Of a stretch of DNA of 34,566 nucleotides, positions 8,144 through 15,794 are shown piece by piece. The translations under genes and the position numbers were made by a program. The notes beneath the pieces are model-generated. The model made no database searches. It saw only the letters and a program-made list of their open reading frames with translations, and was not told where the DNA came from. Positions within the stretch are counted from its first letter, which is position 1. Each line of letters opens with the position of its first letter. Location of the stretch: the IMG/VR virus record IMGVR_UViG_3300036783_000092, positions 1 through 34,566 of that record; one strand, given 5' to 3'. This DNA comes from a virus. Its lineage: Duplodnaviria; Caudoviricetes.

Positions 8144-8725
8144 ATGACAACATCATCATTTTCCCCTGCGTTTTTACACGCGCTTTCTTTCGTTCTAGCC
8201 CGTGAAGGCGGTTATGTTAATGACCCCACCGATAAAGGCGGTGAAACGAAATACGGTATTTCCGACAAACGCGACGGAATAGCCGACGGTAAAATCGACG
8301 TCGATGGCGACGGTAAACCCGATACCCGAATTAAAGACCTCACCGAAGAACAGGCCGGGCAAATTTATTTCCGCGATTACTGGTACCCGGCTTATTGCAC
8401 CGACTGGCCGGACGGTATCTCACTTTTTGTCTTTGACTCCTCTGTTCAGCATGGCGCTAAAAAAGCGATCCAGTTACTGCAGGATGCGGTCGGCGTCACC
8501 GCTGATGGCATTGTCGGCCCCAAAACCACCAAAGCAGTGATTGGGGCTGATGGTGAATGGCTCCTGACTCGCTGCTTCCTGCGCCGTTCCCGTTATTACG
8601 CCGACATCATCAAAGCCAATCCAGCACAGGGTAAATACCTCAATGGCTGGTTTAACCGCCTCGACGAACTGGCGAACGCCTGTCAGGAGGTCATCGGCGG
8701 TCAGGTTTCCGAGCCACGCAACTGA
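8144..8725 (+). CDS. Endolysin, glycoside hydrolase family 108 with peptidoglycan-binding region
   Basis: EGGYVNDPTDKGGETKYGI catalytic motif, ADGIVGPKT and C-terminal GWFNR. Confidence 0.93.
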   Translation: MTTSSFSPAFLHALSFVLAREGGYVNDPTDKGGETKYGISDKRDGIADGKIDVDGDGKPDTRIKDLTEEQAGQIYFRDYWYPAYCTDWPDGISLFVFDSSVQHGAKKAIQLLQDAVGVTADGIVGPKTTKAVIGADGEWLLTRCFLRRSRYYADIIKANPAQGKYLNGWFNRLDELANACQEVIGGQVSEPRN

Positions 8726-8726
8726 T

Positions 8727-8945
8727 ATGGGTAAAGGCTGGGAGGAGACCTTACGTGTGGGACGGCGTGATCGTCTCCGTCAGGAGGTGCTTCACCGGGT
8801 TGCCGGTGGCCCTCCGCCCGTTCCCCGTGACTACACAGGCTGCGACGGTACTCATGCCAGCTATTACCGCAAAGGCTGGGACTCCGTCGATATAAGAGAC
8901 ATCGTCTGGCAATGCCAGCGATACAAGGAAAAACATAATGTTTAA
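8727..8945 (+). CDS. Small hypothetical protein (72 aa)
   Basis: ATG 2 nt after the endolysin stop; overlaps the next gene and fills the gap exactly. Confidence 0.65.
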   Translation: MGKGWEETLRVGRRDRLRQEVLHRVAGGPPPVPRDYTGCDGTHASYYRKGWDSVDIRDIVWQCQRYKEKHNV

Positions 8946-9345
8946 ATCGTTGAATACCGACTGGCTGAAGTTGGCATTACTCCGGGTATTTCAGTCCGGC
9001 TGGACGGTGATCATTCTGGTGGGGCTATCCCTGCTTTTCTGTAGCTTCAATGGTCGTCAGGCGTTTGCGGTCTGGTGGCTCACCTTTGCTGGTGCCTTGC
9101 TGGTTTGTATCAGCATCGCTATGGGGAATCTGCCTTATCGCTTACTGCAGCCCACCCGAGCCATCAGCAAATGGGCTGCGGTGTTGTCCTGGCTTGTCTG
9201 GGGTATAGGTTTGTTGCTTCTGGCCATAGCGCCGGTTTTTACAAAAGAGCCGATCATCATTTTCGGGACTCCGCTTGCTGGCCTGACTGCAATCCTTTTC
9301 GCCCTCTGGGTCTCGCGTAAGGAGCCATTTAAATGGATCCGATAA
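8938..9345 (+). CDS. Four-TM membrane protein (holin/antiholin candidate)
   Basis: Four hydrophobic segments; AAGGA RBS; lies in the lysis region. Confidence 0.7.
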   Translation: MFKSLNTDWLKLALLRVFQSGWTVIILVGLSLLFCSFNGRQAFAVWWLTFAGALLVCISIAMGNLPYRLLQPTRAISKWAAVLSWLVWGIGLLLLAIAPVFTKEPIIIFGTPLAGLTAILFALWVSRKEPFKWIR

Positions 9346-9938
9346 CGCTATCCACCATCGCCTCAGTACTGCTCAAAGCTGGTCCTTCACTGGTCCGTAC
9401 TGTGGGGGGCTGGTTCGGCAGCGATACCGCTAAAGCGGCGGACTCCGTCGCCAGCATTGTCGAAACCGTCAACGGTGCCATCAACCCGACAGACCAGCAG
9501 CGCGTGCTGGAACAGAAGCTGGCGCAGTTGCCGCCCGAGCAGTTTGTCCAGATTGAAACCCTCAGAGTCCAGTTGCAGCAGCTCCAACTGGAGCGGGACA
9601 AGGCGCAAATGGCTGACCAGCAGGCGGCACAGCATGAACAGCAGGAAACCATCCGTAATGGTGATAACGCTACGGATGAATATGTTCGCCAGACCCGTCC
9701 TCTGATGGCTCGCCTTTCGCTCTACAGCAGCATTGCTTACGTGATGATCATGTCTCTCGGCCAGCAGGCTGGCGCGGTGGCCGGTGCCTTTGGTCACGCC
9801 TTTTCTATGCCTGAGCCTGACTGGGATATCGCGCTGATGCTCGCGACCCCGGCGCTGGGCTATCTGGGATTCAGGACTCTGGACGGCTTCGCCCGGTACA
9901 GCAAATCCAGCAAACACAAGGCTGTGGTGGGTAAATGA
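9333..9938 (+). CDS. Holin-like membrane protein with coiled coil (3TM-holin-like)
   Basis: Amphipathic N-terminus, Q-rich coiled coil, TRPLMAR then TM segments and LGYLGFRTLD; AGGAG RBS. Confidence 0.65.
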   Translation: MDPITLSTIASVLLKAGPSLVRTVGGWFGSDTAKAADSVASIVETVNGAINPTDQQRVLEQKLAQLPPEQFVQIETLRVQLQQLQLERDKAQMADQQAAQHEQQETIRNGDNATDEYVRQTRPLMARLSLYSSIAYVMIMSLGQQAGAVAGAFGHAFSMPEPDWDIALMLATPALGYLGFRTLDGFARYSKSSKHKAVVGK

Positions 9939-10165
9939 CTAAAGCGTTTGATCGCGCCAGCGATCTGGAAATGGAAGAGCGGGAACGGGTCTTAAACAGC
10001 CATTTAAACCGCATTAAAGAGCAGCCGGACAATGACGGATTTTGTAATGACTGCGGCGCACCGATTCAGGCTGAACGTCTCCGGGCGCTGCCCTCCGTGG
10101 CGACCTGCATCACCTGTCAGTCAATCAGAGAAAACAGGGGGAAGCATGGACTGGGAAGTCATTAA
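9935..10165 (+). CDS. TraR/DksA C4 zinc-finger protein
   Basis: CNDC...ERLRALP...CITCQ and N-terminal DRA motif. Confidence 0.92.
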   Translation: MTKAFDRASDLEMEERERVLNSHLNRIKEQPDNDGFCNDCGAPIQAERLRALPSVATCITCQSIRENRGKHGLGSH

Positions 10166-10448
10166 GTCTAACTGGGCCATTATCTGGGCGCTGTTTATGT
10201 CCGGGGTGAACGTTATCCAGCTCCTGCTGGCGAAGACTTACGTAAAACGTGAGGAACTTGATCTCCTGCGTACCCGCCTGCAGGGACTGGAGAACACCAT
10301 CGCGGGTTTACCGAATCAGAAAGACCTTCACCAGCTGCAGCTGGAGATGAGCAACCTGCGGGGCGATTTGCGCGAACTGGGCCCGGCGATTCGCCAGGTG
10401 AAACACGTCAGCGATCTGCTTCTGGAAAATGAGCTGAAGGAAAAATAA
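10146..10448 (+). CDS. Mu gp25-like (DUF2730) membrane-anchored coiled-coil protein
   Basis: N-terminal TM, coiled coil, C-terminal LLLENEL; lies before the gp26- and gp27-like genes. Confidence 0.78.
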   Translation: MDWEVIKSNWAIIWALFMSGVNVIQLLLAKTYVKREELDLLRTRLQGLENTIAGLPNQKDLHQLQLEMSNLRGDLRELGPAIRQVKHVSDLLLENELKEK

Positions 10449-10457
10449 GAGGTGACT

Positions 10458-10745
10458 ATGCGTGACATTCTCGACCAGGACCAGCGCCTGGTTATTCTGC
10501 GATCCCTTATCGAATGCGGTGACAGCGCCAACGAGTCGATTCTGCAGACCTGCCTGCAGACCTATGGCCATCGCGTCTCCCGCGATACCGTGCGCACACA
10601 TCTGGCATGGCTGAAGGAACAGGGGCTGGTTAACCTGACCGACGTCTCCGGGTGCTATGTGGCCAGTATCACCGGGCGTGGTGACGACGCGGCCAACGGT
10701 CTGGCCACCGTTCCGGGTGTGAAAAAACCCCGCGCGAGGGGCTGA
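10458..10745 (+). CDS. Mu gp26-like winged-helix protein
   Basis: DQRLVILRSL...SANESIL...SRDTVRTHLAWLKEQGLV...TGRGDD...PGVKKP. Confidence 0.85.
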   Translation: MRDILDQDQRLVILRSLIECGDSANESILQTCLQTYGHRVSRDTVRTHLAWLKEQGLVNLTDVSGCYVASITGRGDDAANGLATVPGVKKPRARG

Positions 10746-10747
10746 CG

Positions 10748-11020
10748 ATGACAAAACAAAAACCGTTACCCGCCGCCGCGCGGCGCACCATCAGGCAACT
10801 GGCCGCCGCGTTCGTCTGCGCTGATATCGAGGCGAACCTGATGGCAAAGTTTGTCGAAGAGAAGACCGGCAAACCCTATAACCGGGATGCGCCCGACAGC
10901 TACCTCAATATGTTTCTGAATTCTGATCCTGAAACCCGCCGTGTCTGGCAGCTGCTGCAGAAAGACATTGTGGTCACCCGTAAAAATTTTGCTGACCGGA
11001 TAGCTAAGGAGCGAGCGTGA
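10748..11020 (+). CDS. Hypothetical protein (90 aa)
   Basis: GAGG RBS; tightly packed, GTGA overlap with the next gene. Confidence 0.7.
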   Translation: MTKQKPLPAAARRTIRQLAAAFVCADIEANLMAKFVEEKTGKPYNRDAPDSYLNMFLNSDPETRRVWQLLQKDIVVTRKNFADRIAKERA

Positions 11021-11595
11021 CCGCTGAACAACGTCCGACCCGTGGCCGTGCGTCAAAAATCGACCTGTTACCGGATAGCGTGCGCGAGCAGCTGCATCAG
11101 ATGCTGCGTGAAAAGCGCCATACACAGGAAGAGATCCGCGAAGCCATCAACGAACTCATCGACGGTCACAACCTGCCGGAAGAGATGAAACTCAGCCGAA
11201 CCGGTCTGAACCGTTACGCCAGCCGTATGGAGACGGTCGGCGCAAAAATTCGCGCCTCCCGCGAGATGGCCGAGATTTGGGCGGCGAAGCTGGGCTCCGC
11301 CCCGACCTCTGACGTCGGCAAGTTGCTGATGGAGTTCGTGAAGACGCTGGCCTTTGAAACCTCTATGTCGATGGCCGAAAGCGAGGAGACCGTCGAACCG
11401 AAAGCCCTTGGCCAACTGGCGCTGGTCGCGCAGCGTCTGGAAGCTGCCGCGATGGCCAGCCACAAACGCGAGAAAGAGATCCGCCAGGCATTCGCCGAAG
11501 AAGCCGCCGCGCAGGCGGAGAAAATTACCAAACAGGCCGGGCTGTCTGCTGATACGGCTGCTGATATTCGCCGCCAGATTCTGGGGATTGCGTAA
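11017..11595 (+). CDS. Terminase small subunit, Mu gp27-like (DUF3486)
   Basis: GRASKIDLLP...SRTGLNRY...GLSADTAADIRRQILG; directly precedes terL. Confidence 0.88.
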   Translation: MTAEQRPTRGRASKIDLLPDSVREQLHQMLREKRHTQEEIREAINELIDGHNLPEEMKLSRTGLNRYASRMETVGAKIRASREMAEIWAAKLGSAPTSDVGKLLMEFVKTLAFETSMSMAESEETVEPKALGQLALVAQRLEAAAMASHKREKEIRQAFAEEAAAQAEKITKQAGLSADTAADIRRQILGIA

Positions 11596-13181
11596 TGGTC
11601 ACGGTCTCGCGGGAACATGAATTACTGCGCAGTCAGTCGGCGTCCGCCATCCTTGCCGGTGAGTTCGACGCAGATCAGGTGTTGCTTCCTTACCAACGCC
11701 GCTGGATAGCCGACCCGGCCCAGCTCAAGATTGCCGAGAAATCACGCCGTACCGGGCTGACGTGGGCGGAGGCGGCAGAGGCAGCACTCAATGGCTCTAT
11801 GTCAGTCAGCGCCGGTGGATGTGACACCTTCTATGTTGGCACCACCAAAGACATGGCACGTGAATTTATCGACGCTTGCGCGATGTGGGCGAAGGCTTAC
11901 GACTGGGCCGCGTCCGATATTGGCGAAGAGGTGCTGGAAGACGAAGACAAGGACATTCTGGTTTACGTCATCAATTTCGCCAGCGGTTTCAAAATCAAAG
12001 CGCTCTCTTCTAACCCCTCGAACCTGCGCGGTATGCAGGGTAATGTCATCATCGATGAGGCCGCTTTCCAGAAAGACCTCGCCGCCGTATTGAAAGCTGC
12101 ACTGGCGCTGACCATGTGGGGTTCAAAGGTGCGTTTGATCTCCACACATAACGGTATTGAGAACCTGTTCAACACCATCATTACCGACAGCCGGGCAGGA
12201 AAAAAACGCTATTCCGTTCACCGTATTGATATCGAGCTGGCAATCAACGAGGGGTTGTACCGTCGTATCTGTCAGGTCACCAAAAAGGCGTGGACACCTG
12301 ATGCTGAGGATGAATGGCTGGCGAACCTGCTCAGTGATACGGCGACCGAAGAAGACGCCCGCGAGGAATACTATTGCGAGCCGAAGAACGGCGGCGGAAC
12401 CTATCTGGCCCGCTCCGTTCGCGAGCGGGCAGCGCGTGGTTCCGGTCCCGTTCTGCGCTTCACCGGTACGACCGAATTCAACGCCACCCCCGAAGGAATA
12501 CGCGCTGGGGAAATGCAGGAATGGCTGGAGAAGGTTGTCCAGCCTGAGCTGAATACGCTCCCGCAAAACCTCCGCCACTGCCTCGGTGAGGACTTCGCGC
12601 GATCAGGTCACCTGACCGTGTTTGCCCCGATGACCGTCAATGACGATACCACCCGTACCGTACCGTTTCTGGTCGAGCTGGCGAACGTGCCTTACAAACA
12701 GCAGGAACAGGCATTGTTCTTTATCTGCGACCAGCTCCCGCGTCGTGACGGTATCAAGCTGGATGGCCGGGGTAACGGTAACTATCTGGCGGAACAGGCG
12801 GCTGAAAAGTATGGCGATGAAGTCGAAGTGGTCATGCCATCCGTTGCGCACTATCGCGAGAACATGCCCCGCTTTAAGTCAGCGTTCGAAGACGATGAGC
12901 TGGTCCTGCCGAAGCATGAAGACGTGATCAGCGACCTTGGCCAGATTGTGATCCTCCGGGGGGTGCCGGGAATTGATGACCGGGAGAACACCGGCAGCGA
13001 TGGCCATAAGCGACACGGCGACAGCGCCTATGCCATCTTCCTGGCTTTTCTGGCCAGTAAAGAGGACTGTCAGCGTTATGAGCTGCATCGCCTCAACACC
13101 CCGCAACAGCAGCGCAACCGCGACGGTAAACGGCAGTTGCGCATCACCCGTGGCCTTAAGAATCAACGAGGACTGCTTTGA
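11595..13181 (+). CDS. Terminase large subunit, Mu gp28-like
   Basis: LLPYQRRW, EKSRRTGLT, IIDEAAF, ISTHNG, GEDFAR and HGDSA motifs. Confidence 0.95.
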   Translation: MVTVSREHELLRSQSASAILAGEFDADQVLLPYQRRWIADPAQLKIAEKSRRTGLTWAEAAEAALNGSMSVSAGGCDTFYVGTTKDMAREFIDACAMWAKAYDWAASDIGEEVLEDEDKDILVYVINFASGFKIKALSSNPSNLRGMQGNVIIDEAAFQKDLAAVLKAALALTMWGSKVRLISTHNGIENLFNTIITDSRAGKKRYSVHRIDIELAINEGLYRRICQVTKKAWTPDAEDEWLANLLSDTATEEDAREEYYCEPKNGGGTYLARSVRERAARGSGPVLRFTGTTEFNATPEGIRAGEMQEWLEKVVQPELNTLPQNLRHCLGEDFARSGHLTVFAPMTVNDDTTRTVPFLVELANVPYKQQEQALFFICDQLPRRDGIKLDGRGNGNYLAEQAAEKYGDEVEVVMPSVAHYRENMPRFKSAFEDDELVLPKHEDVISDLGQIVILRGVPGIDDRENTGSDGHKRHGDSAYAIFLAFLASKEDCQRYELHRLNTPQQQRNRDGKRQLRITRGLKNQRGLL

Positions 13182-14752
13182 TGCTGAAAAAACTCACCGG
13201 CGCGATCAGAAGTATGCTTAACCCGGCAACCGATGAAACCGTCGCCGTTAATGAATCCGAGATGGCTCAGGCCGAAGCGCGGGCAAAACGTGCCAGCGTC
13301 AGATCCCCCTCTGCCGGTATCAGCGTGGCGAGTACCTTATCCCCGGCGAGACTGGCCGGGGTCCTGCGTAATGTGACCGAAGGGAACGCGCGGGACTACT
13401 TCATCCTTGCTGAAGAGATGGAAGAGCGGGACCTGCACTATGCCAGCGTACTGCGTACCCGCAAGCTCACCGTGGCCGGTATCGTCCCCAGCGTCGAGGC
13501 AGCAAGTGACGATGAGCATGACGTATTGCTGGCTGATGCTGTGCGTAACCTGATGGAACAACCGCAAATCCCTGAGCTGTTATTTGATCTGCTTGATGGC
13601 CTTGGTAAAGGCGTGGGGGTCTGTGAAATCCTGTGGAGTACCCGTGATGTCTGGATACCCCGCGATTATGAGTGGGTTGATCCGCGGTTCCTGAAACCCG
13701 ACAGCGACACGCTGCGAGAGTTTCGTCTGCTGACCGACGAGCAACCGGTGGACGGTATTCCCCTGACGCCGGGGAAATACGTGATGCACTATCCCCGGCT
13801 GAAGTCAGGTTTACCGCTGCGTAATGGTCTGGCTCGTCTGGTGGCGGTGATGTACATGCTGAAGTCATTCACCGTGCGTGACTGGTGGGCGTTCGCGGAG
13901 AAGTTCGGCATTCCGATCGTCGTTGGCAAGTACGGCAGCAATGCCACCCCCGAACAGATCCAGACGCTGGTCGATGCTATCGCCTCCATTGCATCTGATG
14001 CAGGCTGCGCCATTCCGCAAAGTATGCAGCTGGATATGCAGGAAACCGCCAGCCGCAACGGTGGTGGCGCACTGTTTAAAGAGATGGCGGAATGGTGTGA
14101 CGCCCAGACCAGCAAGGCGGTGCTCGGTCAGACGATGACCACCGATGATGGCAGCTCACGCGCACAGGCTGACGTGCATGACAAGGTTCGTATGGATATC
14201 GCCAAATGGGATGCGAGGCAGCTGGAGAACACCCTCAATGAGTCTCTGGTCCGTCCCTATATCCAGTTCAACTACGGGCCACAGGAACGGTATCCACTGG
14301 TTAAGCTACCCATCAGCGAGCCGGAAGATCTTAAATCGTTTGTTGATGCGCTGATTCCGTTAATTGACCGGGGTCTGCGTGTGCAGGAGTCTGAAATCCG
14401 GGACAAGTTCGGTCTGGCTGAACCGGAAAAAGACGCCAACATCCTCGCGCCGTCGAACAGCTTTTCCGCATTCACTCCGGCACCGGCACTGAACCGCGAG
14501 CGTATCGCGCTCAACCGTTCGCAGGAGGATGAGATTGACCTGATGGTCAATGATGCCCTGAAGGACTGGGAACAAACCGGCGATGCGTTCACCATTCCGG
14601 TGCTGCAGCTGGCGCAGGAGGTGACAAGTTATGAAGAGTTTCTGGCGCGGCTGCCTGAACTGCAGAATACGCTGGAGCCTGCCGAGTTCGTGCAGCAGCT
14701 GGCGATGCTGAGTTTTAAAGCGCGGGTACTGGGAGACAGTCACGATGGCTGA
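13181..14752 (+). CDS. Portal protein, Mu gp29-like (DUF935)
   Basis: EEMEERDLH, FAEKFGIP, SKAVLGQTMTT motifs; follows terL. Confidence 0.93.
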   Translation: MLKKLTGAIRSMLNPATDETVAVNESEMAQAEARAKRASVRSPSAGISVASTLSPARLAGVLRNVTEGNARDYFILAEEMEERDLHYASVLRTRKLTVAGIVPSVEAASDDEHDVLLADAVRNLMEQPQIPELLFDLLDGLGKGVGVCEILWSTRDVWIPRDYEWVDPRFLKPDSDTLREFRLLTDEQPVDGIPLTPGKYVMHYPRLKSGLPLRNGLARLVAVMYMLKSFTVRDWWAFAEKFGIPIVVGKYGSNATPEQIQTLVDAIASIASDAGCAIPQSMQLDMQETASRNGGGALFKEMAEWCDAQTSKAVLGQTMTTDDGSSRAQADVHDKVRMDIAKWDARQLENTLNESLVRPYIQFNYGPQERYPLVKLPISEPEDLKSFVDALIPLIDRGLRVQESEIRDKFGLAEPEKDANILAPSNSFSAFTPAPALNRERIALNRSQEDEIDLMVNDALKDWEQTGDAFTIPVLQLAQEVTSYEEFLARLPELQNTLEPAEFVQQLAMLSFKARVLGDSHDG

Positions 14753-15584
14753 AACAACGATTATCCCGAAAGAGGCGCTGTCCTGGCTGAAGTCTAAAAA
14801 GCTGACGCCGGGCTTTGACTATCGTGATGTCTGGAAGCAGGAGCACAGCATCGGTTTCACCGTGGCGAAGATGACGCAGCTCGATCTGCTTTCCGACGTC
14901 AAGGCGCTGGTCGAAGAAGCGATGGCCAGCGGTCAGTCTTTCGCTGAGTTCCGCGAGGTCATCAGGCCCTTACTGGTGAAGCGCGGATGGTGGGGACAGC
15001 AGTTAATGGATGACCCGCTCACCAGTGAAACCAGACTGGTACAGCTCGGCAGCGACAGGCGTCTGCGTACTATCTACGACACCAACATGAGAACGGCCCG
15101 CAGCGCGGGTCAGTGGGAACGTATTCAGCGAACGAAACGAGCAATGCCCTATCTGCTCTATACACTGGGTCCTTCCCGTGAGCACCGCGCCGAGCACCTC
15201 AAGTGGGCGGACCTCTGTTTGCCGGTTGATGATCCGTTCTGGTTGACTCATTTCTGCCCTAACGGATGGGGCTGCAAATGTCTACTCCGCCAGGTCAGCA
15301 AATATGAGTATGAACAGCTGAAAGTGAATGGTGTCACCCGCAACGTGCAGCAGCTCGACGCCAGTGGCCAGCCGACCGGCCATGTGGTTCGCCAGACCGT
15401 ACCGGTGCGCACCGAGGCTCCGGCGATAAAACGGCGTAAGTGGGTCAATAAGCGTACCGGTGAGGAAGAGATGGTGCCTGAAGGGATTGACCCCGGCTGG
15501 GACTACAATCCGGGAACGGGGCGTCAGGCTGAGCTGGAGCGTCAACTGAAGGTGAAACAGGACGTGTTTGACAGTAACCAGTGA
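14745..15584 (+). CDS. Head morphogenesis protein, Mu gpF/gp30-like
   Basis: FTVAK, RLRTIYDTN, DDPFW...PNGWGCKC, DPGWDYNPG. Confidence 0.92.
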   Translation: MAETTIIPKEALSWLKSKKLTPGFDYRDVWKQEHSIGFTVAKMTQLDLLSDVKALVEEAMASGQSFAEFREVIRPLLVKRGWWGQQLMDDPLTSETRLVQLGSDRRLRTIYDTNMRTARSAGQWERIQRTKRAMPYLLYTLGPSREHRAEHLKWADLCLPVDDPFWLTHFCPNGWGCKCLLRQVSKYEYEQLKVNGVTRNVQQLDASGQPTGHVVRQTVPVRTEAPAIKRRKWVNKRTGEEEMVPEGIDPGWDYNPGTGRQAELERQLKVKQDVFDSNQ

Positions 15585-15720
15585 ACCAACCGAAGAACCG
15601 CCTGAAACGCTCAGGAGGACAATAACGACATTTGTGATACGATGATTCTCTGAAAATTTCTTAAACGCGTCACAGAGGTTTTAAACGCCGTTTGAACGGG
15701 GTTTCCCGCTGCGTTTACAG
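15585..15720. other. Candidate central strong gyrase site
   Basis: Non-coding gap just upstream of the protease gene near the genome centre; about 10-bp phased TTAAACGC/TTTGAACG/GTTT tracts. Confidence 0.5.
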
Positions 15721-15762
15721 TGAAGCCGGTAAATCCGGCTTTTTTTATGCCTTCCTCATACT
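15721..15762 (+). promoter_or_regulatory. Terminator-like dyad plus candidate late promoter, copy 2 (protease/capsid operon)
   Basis: Exact 32-bp copy of 8063..8094; CATACT at 15757..15762 in the same register as CAAAAT in copy 1. Confidence 0.8.
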
Positions 15763-15794
15763 GTCCGTCAGTTACCTTTACGACGGACAGCACC

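Noticed and set aside
8938-9050. Possible lipoprotein signal (LSLLFC) suggesting a spanin
   Set aside because: Cys is at position 35, the motif is not a canonical lipobox and three more TM segments follow.
15720-15794. Longer N-terminus of the protease ORF from GTG 15720
   Set aside because: It reads through the terminator/promoter dyad; ATG 15795 downstream of the putative -10 is more plausible.
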